Shown: one piece after another, positions 53,097-62,376 of the stretch | Numbering within the stretch: the first letter of the stretch is position 1 | Layout: each line of letters begins with the position of its first letter | Source: Bdellovibrionales bacterium | GTDB taxonomy: Bacteria; Bdellovibrionota; Bdellovibrionia; Bdellovibrionales; UBA1609 | DNA: 64,000 nucleotides | Direction: 5' to 3' | Assembly (NCBI GenBank): GCA_020850475.1 | Contig: JADZEO010000011.1 | Span: 10,764-74,763 of the forward strand | The notes under the pieces: generated by a model | Seen by the model: only the letters and a program-made list of their open reading frames with translations | Told to the model about the DNA's origin: nothing | Database searches by the model: none | Position numbers and translations under genes: made by a program

Positions 53097-55847
53097 ATGG
53101 CAAAGGCACCTGCAGATAATTCGAGAAGACTGGTCATTGTTGAGTCGCCGACCAAGGCGCGGACCATTCGCAAATTTCTAGGTAAGGGGTTTGTGGTTGA
53201 GTCCTGCATGGGGCATGTGCGTGATTTACCCCAAAGTGCCAAGGACATTCCCGACAAAATCAAAAAAGAAGAATGGGCGAATCTCGGAGTCAATGTCGAC
53301 GATGGTTTTGATCCGGTTTACTGCATTCCAAAGACGAAAACCCGAATTGTTAAGGATCTCAAAGATAAACTTAAGGATGCCGACGAGCTCATTCTGGCGA
53401 CGGACGAAGACCGCGAAGGGGAGAGTATCAGCTGGCACCTCATTGAGGTTTTGAAACCGCGGGTGCCGGTGAAGCGAATGGTGTTTCATGAGATCACCAA
53501 AGAGGCGATCAACCACGCTTTGGGTGAATTTCGCGAGATTGATGAGAATTTGGTGCGGGCCCAAGAGGCTCGGCGGATTTTAGACCGTTTGGTGGGATAC
53601 ACGATTTCCCCCTTACTCTGGAAGAAGGTGGCCTATGGGTTGTCCGCAGGTCGAGTGCAGTCCGTTGCGGTTCGGCTGATTGCCGAGCGGGAACATCAGC
53701 GGATGCGGTTTGTTCGTTCCAAGTATTGGGGAATTGCGGCAACCTGCGAAAAGAGCAAGGTTGAGTTTGAAGCTCGCTTGTTGTCCGTCGATGACAAGCG
53801 CGTGGCTTTGGGTCGTGATTTTGACGCCAACACGGGCCAACTGAGTGCCGAGAAGCAAAGTACGACCAAAGTTTTGGATGAGGCCGGAGCCAACAAGCTC
53901 ATCACCAGTCTCAAGGGGAAAAAGCTCAAGGTTCTGGAAGTCGAAGAAAAGCCAGTGTCGCGCAAGCCTTATCCGCCTTTTATCACTTCCACTTTGCAGC
54001 AGGAGGCGAACCGGAAGTTAGGCTTTAGCTCCCGAGATACCATGGAAGTCGCGCAAAAGTTGTACGAACGTGGATTCATCACCTATATGCGTACGGACTC
54101 AACAAATTTGTCGCAGCAGGCGATCGATGCCGCTCGCGATTGTATCAAAGAACTCTATGGCAAAGAGTATTTGCCGGATGAGCCGCGTGATTATTCCGGC
54201 AAGAAAGCCAAAGGGGCGCAAGAGGCTCACGAAGCCATTCGCCCGGCCGGTACTCAGTTTGTTCGTCCCGAGGAAACGGGGCTCTCCGGAACGCAATTTA
54301 AGCTTTATGAATTGATTTGGAAGCGCACGGTGGCCAGTCAAATGGTCAATGCTCGGCAAAAACAAGTCAGCGTCAAATTGGCGGCCGATAGCACGGTGTT
54401 TTCAACTTCCGGTATGACGATTGAGTTTCCTGGTTATTTAAAAGCCTATGTCGAGGGCAGTGATGATCCCGAAGCGGGCATCGAAGACCGCGAGGTGCGT
54501 TTGCCCCAGTTGGCAGTTGGCGATGTGGTCGACTGTCGCGAGTTCAAGCCCACCGACCATGAGACCAAACCCCCACCGCGTTTTACTGAGGCGACTCTCG
54601 TACAAACGATGGAAAAAGAGGGCATTGGTCGTCCGTCGACTTACGCCGCGATTATTGGCACGATTCAAGATCGGGGTTATGTGCGCAAGGTGAGCAATGC
54701 CTTGGTGCCAACCTTTACGGCTCTGGTGGTGTCGAAGTTGTTGAGCACTTATCTGCCGAATTACGTGGACACCAACTTTACTTCGGAAATGGAAAAGTCT
54801 CTCGACGACATCGCCGGTGGAGATTTGGATCATAAGCTCTACTTGAAGCGCATTTACTTTGGTGATCAGGGGCTTAAGACTCAGGTTTCTTTGCAGGAGA
54901 AGCGCATCAAAGATAACGAGTCGCGGGCGATTGAGCTCGAAGGGCTTAAGGGTTTGAATTTTCGCATCGGCCGTTACGGAGCCTATGTTTGTCGGTTGGA
55001 CAAAAAGACCGGCGAGGAAGTGTGTGCTTCGCTCCCCGATAATCAGTTTCCGGGAGACATTTCAGCTGACGTTGCCAATAAGTTGATCGATCAAAAGGTG
55101 AATGGGGCGGACGCCCTAGGGAAGGACCCAGAAACCGGGCAGTCGATTTTTGTTCTCAGCGGTCGCTATGGTCCTTATGTGCAGCTGGGTGACAGCCAGG
55201 GTGAAAACACCAAGCCGAAGCGCATGGCCTTGCCGGCAACCTTGCCACCCGAGAATGTGACTCTCGAGCAGGCGCTGCACTTATTGGAGCTGCCAAAGAA
55301 GCTCGGCAATCACCCCGATAGCGGCAAAGAAATTAAAAAGGGCTTGGGCCGTTTTGGTCCTTACGTGGTACACGACGGTGATTTTCGCTCAATTCCCAAG
55401 ACCGAAGACTTTTTTAAGGTGGGAATCAGCGAGGCTTTGGCCCTACTTGCGCAACCCAAGCGAGTGCGGGGGCGATCTCAGCCGCTCATGGAGCTTGGAA
55501 AGCACCCGGAGAGCCAAGAGCCGATTAATGTATTTACGGGAAAGTACGGTCCTTACGTGAAGTGCGGTAAGGTGAATGCTTCCTTGCCGGACGATATGAA
55601 GCCTGAATCCGTCACTCTCGAGCTGGCCATTCAGCTCGTGGATTCTAAGATGGGTGGAGCAAAGAAAAAGGCGAAGGGGACGGGTGAGCCTAAACGGGCA
55701 AAAGCGGCCACTGAGCCGAAAAAAACCAAGTCGAAACCAGTCGCCAAGGCCGAAAAGAAGGTTAAGAATCCAGTCGCCATTGCTGCGGCAGGATCAGCCA
55801 AGAAGCGGGTTGTTAGGCGCGTTGCGGCGGAGAAGGCCCAAGACTGA
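53097..55847 (+). CDS. topA: DNA topoisomerase I (type IA) with zinc-finger-free repeat C-terminal domain and Lys-rich tail
   Basis: Toprim LVIVESPTKARTIRKFLG and DEDREGE, with active-site region GFITYMRTDS. There are four G(R/K)(Y/F)G(A/P)YV C-terminal repeats and no CxxC motifs. Confidence 0.95.
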   Translation: MAKAPADNSRRLVIVESPTKARTIRKFLGKGFVVESCMGHVRDLPQSAKDIPDKIKKEEWANLGVNVDDGFDPVYCIPKTKTRIVKDLKDKLKDADELILATDEDREGESISWHLIEVLKPRVPVKRMVFHEITKEAINHALGEFREIDENLVRAQEARRILDRLVGYTISPLLWKKVAYGLSAGRVQSVAVRLIAEREHQRMRFVRSKYWGIAATCEKSKVEFEARLLSVDDKRVALGRDFDANTGQLSAEKQSTTKVLDEAGANKLITSLKGKKLKVLEVEEKPVSRKPYPPFITSTLQQEANRKLGFSSRDTMEVAQKLYERGFITYMRTDSTNLSQQAIDAARDCIKELYGKEYLPDEPRDYSGKKAKGAQEAHEAIRPAGTQFVRPEETGLSGTQFKLYELIWKRTVASQMVNARQKQVSVKLAADSTVFSTSGMTIEFPGYLKAYVEGSDDPEAGIEDREVRLPQLAVGDVVDCREFKPTDHETKPPPRFTEATLVQTMEKEGIGRPSTYAAIIGTIQDRGYVRKVSNALVPTFTALVVSKLLSTYLPNYVDTNFTSEMEKSLDDIAGGDLDHKLYLKRIYFGDQGLKTQVSLQEKRIKDNESRAIELEGLKGLNFRIGRYGAYVCRLDKKTGEEVCASLPDNQFPGDISADVANKLIDQKVNGADALGKDPETGQSIFVLSGRYGPYVQLGDSQGENTKPKRMALPATLPPENVTLEQALHLLELPKKLGNHPDSGKEIKKGLGRFGPYVVHDGDFRSIPKTEDFFKVGISEALALLAQPKRVRGRSQPLMELGKHPESQEPINVFTGKYGPYVKCGKVNASLPDDMKPESVTLELAIQLVDSKMGGAKKKAKGTGEPKRAKAATEPKKTKSKPVAKAEKKVKNPVAIAAAGSAKKRVVRRVAAEKAQD

Positions 55848-55924
55848 CCAAGAGCAAACTTGCTTTAAGTTGAGGCATTTGGTACCTCCTTTTGCGTAGC
55901 GTCGAATGAGCGCTTGGGGGAACC

Positions 55925-56830
55925 ATGCTCCGCCGGATTCTCATGCAGAAAAAATCCAAAACTGTGGGCCAACTTGAGTTGGGCATCTCTCGCAGCCAGG
56001 AACCGGATCGCAATCACCAGCTGGGTGGACGCAGCTTTTATTTTTTTGATTTTGACGACAACGTCGCCTTTTTGAGTACTCCTATTTTTATTTTTCATAA
56101 ACGGACAGGCCAGGAGTTAGCCCTTTCCAGCGGCGAGTTTGCCGAACAGAGTGCGGCCATTGGCCGCAGTGGTCCCTATGAAGAATTTGAAGTTCGGTTT
56201 GATGATGATTCTGTGGGAAGTTTCCGCTGCTTTCGCGATGTGGATCTGAATCTGGTGGATCGTCTCGTGGGCCGCAAGCAGGCCTTCGTGCGTGATCTGG
56301 CCACGGCCTTGGGGTATCCCGAGTTTCAGTGGAAGGGACCTTCCTGGTCGTGCTTTTATCACGCTGTTTTCAACCGACGTCCGGTGAGCGTGATCACCGC
56401 TCGCGGGCACCATCCGGACACGATTCGAGAGGGAATGAAATTGTTGGAAGAGCAGGGGCATCTTCCTCACGAACCGAATTTTTTAAGTCTTTATCCCGTG
56501 AGCCACCGGGAAACCCAATTGGCCTTGGGCTTTGCCGAGCGCGCGTCGGTGGCAGAAATGAAGAAGGCGGCCATTCGAGCCTCAGTCCTCAAGGCCTTTG
56601 AAGTCTATGGTTACAGTCCTCATCATCGCTTTGGTATGTCCGACGATGACCCCAAAAATATTGAGTTGATTACCGAGGAAATGACGGAACTCAAAAAAGA
56701 GTTTTCCGAGATTTCTTTTTTTGTGATTAAGACCTGTAAGGGTGAGTTCGTTAAGCGCGAGGTTTTTGCCGATTACACCTTTGAAGAGACCTTGGAACCA
56801 GTGCGGCAGATGTCGCTTTTTGACAACTAA
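55925..56830 (+). CDS. hypothetical protein, possibly HAD-like phosphatase fold
   Basis: 301-codon ORF. FYFFDFDDNVAF (DxD-type motif I?), VSVITARG (motif II-like Thr) and MSDDDPKN (motif IV-like). This is a weak assignment made by eye. Confidence 0.45.
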   Translation: MLRRILMQKKSKTVGQLELGISRSQEPDRNHQLGGRSFYFFDFDDNVAFLSTPIFIFHKRTGQELALSSGEFAEQSAAIGRSGPYEEFEVRFDDDSVGSFRCFRDVDLNLVDRLVGRKQAFVRDLATALGYPEFQWKGPSWSCFYHAVFNRRPVSVITARGHHPDTIREGMKLLEEQGHLPHEPNFLSLYPVSHRETQLALGFAERASVAEMKKAAIRASVLKAFEVYGYSPHHRFGMSDDDPKNIELITEEMTELKKEFSEISFFVIKTCKGEFVKREVFADYTFEETLEPVRQMSLFDN

Positions 56831-57005
56831 CACCTTGCGAAAGTCATTCGGGCTAGACTTTGACCCGTGGCGATCGTCTCAATTCAGGAGATGCGTCGCT
56901 TCCTCCTGAAAAAAAGGCAAAAAATACGATAGATTAGAACAATCATTGCCGAAAGGAAGAGTGAGGTCGAATGACCTCATTTATACATCATCAAGAGGAC
57001 AAGCT

Positions 57006-59171
57006 ATGAAGCAACGGACACAGTTCCATTATTTGATCATTTGGGCCTTGGTCATTTTTGCCACCGCCGGTGGCGTGGGTCAGCGGTCGCTCGCCCAGGG
57101 CATGAGTCCACAAGTTGTCGAGCTTAAGTGTTCGGTCCTGTATGAGCTTCAGCAAAAATACTTTAATCGGCACGTAACCTATGACTCGGCGGCAGCGCCT
57201 AATTTGGAGAATCGCACAGTCGAGCAATTCATTAAATATCTTGATGGCTCAAAAATGTATTTGCTGTCCAAGGACGTCGAGAAGATCAAAAAGAGCCTGG
57301 ATAAGTTGTTTAACAAACTTCGTGACGACAACAACTGCGAAGCAATTGTTGCCGCCAATCAGTTGTTTAATACCCGAATGAAAGAGCGAGTCGAGTTTGT
57401 CAAAAAAACTCTCGGCCCGAAATTCAAATTTAACCCCAAAGTAAAATTGATTTTGGATCCTGAAAAGCGAAACTGGCCGGCCAATATGGAAGAGGCCAAC
57501 GCCTTTCACGAAAAGTACATTCAGTATCAGATTGCCAATTACCTGGCCTCGGACATGAATCTGGAAGAAGCGAAGCAACGGGTGGTACGCAACTACGAGC
57601 GCATCATGCGACGGATTGAAGAAACCCCCGAGCGCGAGCTGTGGGCCCGCTACATGGACTCCTTCGCTCGAGCTTTGGATCCTCACACTTCATACTTGTC
57701 AAAGGATGCCTTGGAAGATTTTGAAATTCAGATGCGTCTGTCGCTTGAGGGGATTGGCGCGACTCTCAGCTCACAAGACGGGTTTACGGTTATTGAACAG
57801 TTGATCGCTGGCGGCGCAGCCTTTCGCTCTGGAAAATTAAAATCCAAAGACAAGATCATCGAAGTGGCCCAAGGTGAAACGGGTGAAGTTCAAAACGTCA
57901 TCGAAATGGATTTGCGCGATGTGGTTCGTCTGATTCGTGGCAAAAAAGGGACCAAAGTGCGTCTGACTATTTTGCGCAAAGAGGCCGAAGGCACGCAACG
58001 ATTTCAAGTGGTCTTGGTTCGTGACAAGATCAAACTTGAAGATGAAGCGGCGCAGATTACTTATTTAGATCGTGAAGTAAAAGGTGCAGGAACTAAAAAA
58101 GTCGCCTTGCTGACCTTGCCATCATTTTATTCAGACAATCGTAAAGGTGGTCGTTCGGCTGCCAGCGATATGAAGAAGCTCATTGAAGAGGCCAATGCCA
58201 ATAAAGCCGATGCCCTGGTGCTGGATTTGTCCAACAACGGCGGCGGTTCCCTTGAAGACGCGGTCAAGGTCGCGGGTTTGTTTTTTCGAGTGGGGAACGT
58301 GGTTAAACAATCAGGCCGAGCCGAGGAGCGAGGAGAGTTGGCGCTCTCGGACCGGGATCCCGATGTGGATTGGGCGGGTCCCCTGGTAGTACTGGTCAGT
58401 CGCGTAAGTGCCAGTGCTTCGGAAATTGTGTCGGGTGCGTTGCAAGACTACAAGCGTGCAGTCGTCGTGGGTGGTGATCATACCTTCGGCAAGGGGACGG
58501 TTCAGTCGGTGGAATATTTGCCTCTGGGGCTTGGTGCGATGAAGACCACGATTGGGATGTTTTTTACCCCGAGTGGAAATTCGACCCAACATCGCGGGGT
58601 AACCTCGGACATTGAGTTCCCCAGCGCATTCTCGACCGACGACATTGGGGAGAAGACGCTGGATTATTCTTTGCCGCCCAAGAAGATTTCGTCTTTTCTA
58701 TCGCGCAAGGCGTATGTGGCCGAGGGCGTGGGGGCTTGGAAGGTCGTCACTCCTGAGTTGATTGGTCGTCTTAAGAAGGCCTCCGCCAGTCGCATTGCGA
58801 CGAGCGCTGAGTTTAAGAAAGTCAAAGACGAGATCGAAAAGGCCAAGAAGCGGGGCCATACGATCGATGTGGCTGAGCACTATAAAGAAAAGACTCAAGC
58901 CAAAAAGGACGACAAAGGCACGAAAGGCGCCAGTCCAGAGGTTCCGGGCACAGAGCCAAAAGCAGCGCCAAGTGCGGCCGATGCTGAAGGCGATGGCGGC
59001 GAGGTTTTAAGCCGCGAAGAGCAAAAAAAGCGCTACATGGAAAGGGCCGATGTTCAGGAAGCCGTCAATATTGCAATAGATATGGCGGGCGAACTGGGCA
59101 GCACTCCTAACATTACCATTGGTGCTAAGCCCGATCTCGACGGGGAAGAGAAAGACAAAGAGAAAAACTGA
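57006..59171 (+). CDS. S41 family carboxy-terminal processing (tail-specific) protease
   Basis: PDZ region GIGATLSSQDGFTVIEQLIAGGAAFRSGKLKSKDKIIEV. Catalytic Ser/Lys region LVSRVSASASEIVSGALQDYKRAVVVGG.HTFGKGTVQ. The ATG at 57006 gives a signal/anchor sequence. A hairpin at 56962-56979 lies inside the track's longer ORF. Confidence 0.9.
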   Translation: MKQRTQFHYLIIWALVIFATAGGVGQRSLAQGMSPQVVELKCSVLYELQQKYFNRHVTYDSAAAPNLENRTVEQFIKYLDGSKMYLLSKDVEKIKKSLDKLFNKLRDDNNCEAIVAANQLFNTRMKERVEFVKKTLGPKFKFNPKVKLILDPEKRNWPANMEEANAFHEKYIQYQIANYLASDMNLEEAKQRVVRNYERIMRRIEETPERELWARYMDSFARALDPHTSYLSKDALEDFEIQMRLSLEGIGATLSSQDGFTVIEQLIAGGAAFRSGKLKSKDKIIEVAQGETGEVQNVIEMDLRDVVRLIRGKKGTKVRLTILRKEAEGTQRFQVVLVRDKIKLEDEAAQITYLDREVKGAGTKKVALLTLPSFYSDNRKGGRSAASDMKKLIEEANANKADALVLDLSNNGGGSLEDAVKVAGLFFRVGNVVKQSGRAEERGELALSDRDPDVDWAGPLVVLVSRVSASASEIVSGALQDYKRAVVVGGDHTFGKGTVQSVEYLPLGLGAMKTTIGMFFTPSGNSTQHRGVTSDIEFPSAFSTDDIGEKTLDYSLPPKKISSFLSRKAYVAEGVGAWKVVTPELIGRLKKASASRIATSAEFKKVKDEIEKAKKRGHTIDVAEHYKEKTQAKKDDKGTKGASPEVPGTEPKAAPSAADAEGDGGEVLSREEQKKRYMERADVQEAVNIAIDMAGELGSTPNITIGAKPDLDGEEKDKEKN

Positions 59172-59253
59172 TACGTTTTGACAAGCCCGTGGGCCCTCGG
59201 TAACTCTGGTGGGCGCTCGTATTTAACCAGGATCAACGTGCATTGAGGTTCCC

Positions 59254-60369
59254 ATGGCGCGAATGAATATCGCCCGCAATAAATCAACCAAGAAGCCGCT
59301 GGCCCGCAATAAGTCAGCGGTTCAAAAAAGTGAAAATCAGAAGGCCGCCGACGGCAAAAAGGCCCGGGCTGGGGGCTGGGGATTGGAGCTGCCGAAGGAA
59401 CTCCTCCTGGAGATGCACCGCTTGATGGTGAAGTCGCGGGTTTTAGAGGAGCGGCTGATTAAGATCTACAAGGCGGGTGAAGCCTATTTTTGGATTGGTG
59501 GCCCGGGCGAGGAAGCCTTTGGCGTGCCGCTTGGCCTTTTGACAAAAAAGGGTCAGGGCCCCGAGTATGATTATCTCCACCTGCACTATCGTTGTTCGCC
59601 CACCATGGTGGCGTTGGGAATGCCGATGATTGATGCCATTCGCTTGATCATGAATCGGGCGACGGATCGCTGCACGGGCGGCCGCAATTTTGCTAACCAC
59701 TATTGCTTTCCGGAGTGGAATGTCGTTCCTGTATCTTCGCCCATTGAAGTTCAATACACCATTGCGATTGGTACCGCCTGGGCTCAGCGCCGTCGCAATG
59801 GCGACAGCATCACGATTGTGAGTGGGGGCGATGCCGGCACCGCGGAAGGGGATTTTGCGAGTTGTCTGGTGTGGGCTTCGCGCAAGGGCTCCGAACTGCC
59901 GATGTTGATCACCGTGCAAAACAATGGCTGGGGTATTTCAACACCCTTCCAAGGGCAACATGGTGAAACTCACGTCGCCGACCGGGGCAAGGCTTTTAAC
60001 CTGAAGACCATGGTCATTAACGGCAATGATCCGGTCGAGAGTTATGTCAAGATTCAAGAGGCTATGGAGTACATTCGCCGTGAGCGCAAACCCATTCTGA
60101 TGGAGACGATGGTCTCGCGATTGTATGGACATTCTTCAGCAGATGGATTGAATCGTCGTCCTGAAGAAGACTGTCTGGAGCTCTTCGAGCAGAAACTGAT
60201 CAAGAGCGGTCTGTTGACTGATTCCAAAGCCAAAGCGATTTGGGATGAATACGAAAAAGAAGCCCGCGAGGCTCAGGAGCAGGTTCGGCAAGAGCCACCT
60301 CCCTCGGAAGAGAGCATATGGGATCATATGTTCGTTGATAATGAAAATGGCGATTGGAGGAAGTTCTAA
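59254..60369 (+). CDS. thiamine-diphosphate-dependent 2-oxoacid dehydrogenase E1 component, alpha subunit
   Basis: TPP-binding motif region IVSGGDAGTAEGDFASCLVWAS...VQNNGWGIST and the family-typical RLYGHSSAD. Confidence 0.9.
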   Translation: MARMNIARNKSTKKPLARNKSAVQKSENQKAADGKKARAGGWGLELPKELLLEMHRLMVKSRVLEERLIKIYKAGEAYFWIGGPGEEAFGVPLGLLTKKGQGPEYDYLHLHYRCSPTMVALGMPMIDAIRLIMNRATDRCTGGRNFANHYCFPEWNVVPVSSPIEVQYTIAIGTAWAQRRRNGDSITIVSGGDAGTAEGDFASCLVWASRKGSELPMLITVQNNGWGISTPFQGQHGETHVADRGKAFNLKTMVINGNDPVESYVKIQEAMEYIRRERKPILMETMVSRLYGHSSADGLNRRPEEDCLELFEQKLIKSGLLTDSKAKAIWDEYEKEAREAQEQVRQEPPPSEESIWDHMFVDNENGDWRKF

Positions 60370-61424
60370 TGGCAAACATGGCACAGGCCATTCGAATGGC
60401 ACTCCACTATTGTGAGGACCACTACGCCCTTCAAGATGTGTTCGGCGAAGACGTTGGTGCGCCGCTGGGTGGGGTGTTTACTGCCACTCAGGGGCTAAAA
60501 ACCGCCTGGAACAGTCCTCTCGACGAACGAGGCATTGTTGGGATGGCCATTGGTATTGGTCTCGCCGGAGATCGCTGCGTCGCCGAGATTCAATTTGTCG
60601 ATTACATTTTTAACACCATCGATTTGTTGAAGATCGCGGGAAATACCCATTGGGTGTCGAATGGAAATTACAGCCTGCCGATCGTACTGATGACGCCGGT
60701 GGGTGCGGGTATTCGAGGTTCCATCTATCACAGCCACAGCTTTGATGCCTGGGCCACTCGCCTGCCGGGTTGGAAAGTGGTCATGCCCAGCAATCCCTTG
60801 GATGCGTATGGCTTGATGCTCGCGGCAGTCAAAGATCCCAATCCGGTGCTGTTTTTAAAATCCAAGGCCTTGATGCGGGTTCGGGGAGATGAACTCATTC
60901 CCGGTGAGCCCGAGGACGAGAAGACGCTTAAAAAAATGATTGATGCGCCGATTGGTGACCGTACGGGTTGGAACCCACAGTGGCCCGACGTTGAGGAGTA
61001 CGTGGTACCCATTGGCAAAGCCAAGGTGACACGGCCTGGGCGTTGCCTGAGTATCATCACCTATGGTCGTAATGTGCTGATGTGCAATCAAGCAGCCGAT
61101 GAGCTCCATCATGAAGGCTTCAACGTCGAAGTGATCGATTTGCGCAGTCTCATGCCCTATGACTGGGAGACCATCCGCGAGTCGGTTCACCGCACGGGTC
61201 GGGTCTTGTTTGTTAACGAAGATACTGAAGTAACCAACTTCGGAGAGCACTTGGCCTATCGCGTGACCCAAGAATTGTTTTATGATCTGCTGTCGCGTCC
61301 GCGAGTCTTAGCGGGCAAGAATCTTCCGGGAATTGGACTGCATCCCAATCTGGAGGAAGCGACAGTTCCACAAGTCCGTCATATCAAAGAAGCCGCTCTC
61401 GAAATCATCAATGAAGTCCCTTAA
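60369..61424 (+). CDS. 2-oxoacid dehydrogenase E1 component, beta subunit
   Basis: MANMAQAIRMAL...VFGEDVG..GGVF..T.GL......RV.D.P.E.GIVG.AIG.. pattern and the C-terminal transketolase-like domain. The start overlaps the alpha-subunit stop (TAATG). Confidence 0.9.
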   Translation: MANMAQAIRMALHYCEDHYALQDVFGEDVGAPLGGVFTATQGLKTAWNSPLDERGIVGMAIGIGLAGDRCVAEIQFVDYIFNTIDLLKIAGNTHWVSNGNYSLPIVLMTPVGAGIRGSIYHSHSFDAWATRLPGWKVVMPSNPLDAYGLMLAAVKDPNPVLFLKSKALMRVRGDELIPGEPEDEKTLKKMIDAPIGDRTGWNPQWPDVEEYVVPIGKAKVTRPGRCLSIITYGRNVLMCNQAADELHHEGFNVEVIDLRSLMPYDWETIRESVHRTGRVLFVNEDTEVTNFGEHLAYRVTQELFYDLLSRPRVLAGKNLPGIGLHPNLEEATVPQVRHIKEAALEIINEVP

Positions 61425-62235
61425 GCGCAAAGGGGCAAGGTCGCTCTTGCTTCCCGAGTTTGACAAATATGATCTCTACTTAAAGTCGGTGCAGTCGCCG
61501 CGGCGTGAAGTTGAGTTTTTACAAGCGACTTACAAGGAGCTAAGAGGCGAGCGAGCTCGCGTTTTGCGCGAGGATTTTTGCGGTACCTTCAAACTTTTGT
61601 GTGAGTGGGTTAAGGAACACCCGGAGTTCGAAGGAATTGGGGTGGATTTGGATCAGGAACCGATTGCCTATGGTCAGGAAAAGTATGCGCAGGTTTTGAC
61701 TCCTCATCAACAAAATCGCCTCAAGGTTTTGCATGCAAATGTCCTAAGCCCTCAGCTGCCCCATGCGGACATCATCACGGCATTCAATTTTTCATATTTT
61801 GTGTTCAAGACCCGTGAGGTCATGAAAGAGTACTTTTTGAACTGTCACCGGACGCTGAAAAAAAACGGCATTTTGACCCTGGATTGCTTTGGTGGTTATG
61901 CCTGCTTTGAACCGAATGAAGAAGAAACCGTCCACGACGAGTTTTCTTATTTTTGGGATCAAGAGAGCTTCGACCCGGTGACTCACCATGCGCAGTTTTA
62001 CATTCATTTTAAGCGCAAGGGCGAAAAAAAGCGCGAGCGTGTATTTGCCTATGACTGGCGGGTTTGGTCCATTCCTGAGCTCAGGGACTTGTTGGGTGAC
62101 GTCGGATTTACCCGCACCCACGTCTATTGGGAAGGCACCGACAAGAATGGCGAAGGGGATGGTGTTTTCAAACGAGTCGAAACCTGCGACGAAGTCTGTG
62201 AGTCGTGGGTGGCCTACGTGGTCGCAGAAAAATAA
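61411..62235 (+). CDS. class I SAM-dependent methyltransferase (putative)
   Basis: The ATG at 61411 overlaps the E1-beta end by 14 nt. The motif I-like VLREDFCGTFKL and GILTLDCFGG are consistent with a Rossmann methyltransferase. The track ORF starts at 61333 inside E1-beta. Confidence 0.65.
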   Translation: MKSLKRKGARSLLLPEFDKYDLYLKSVQSPRREVEFLQATYKELRGERARVLREDFCGTFKLLCEWVKEHPEFEGIGVDLDQEPIAYGQEKYAQVLTPHQQNRLKVLHANVLSPQLPHADIITAFNFSYFVFKTREVMKEYFLNCHRTLKKNGILTLDCFGGYACFEPNEEETVHDEFSYFWDQESFDPVTHHAQFYIHFKRKGEKKRERVFAYDWRVWSIPELRDLLGDVGFTRTHVYWEGTDKNGEGDGVFKRVETCDEVCESWVAYVVAEK

Positions 62236-62376
62236 ATTTCCAAAATGAACCGAAGAGCGTCGCACGACGTATCAATCCCTCTTTGGGACGTGCCGAGTTG
62301 AGACGAGCCGTCAACTGGTCGAGGCAAAATTCCGATAAATATTGAGCTGCATAATCATGTTAGGAGAGGAACGTTT

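Noticed and set aside
56962-56979. Hairpin TGAGGTC-GAAT-GACCTCA as terminator of the 55925-56830 gene
   Set aside because: The stem is only 7 bp, followed by a short TTTAT run, and it lies 130 nt past the stop. This is too weak to call, and it is noted only as an argument against the 56946 start of the S41 protease.
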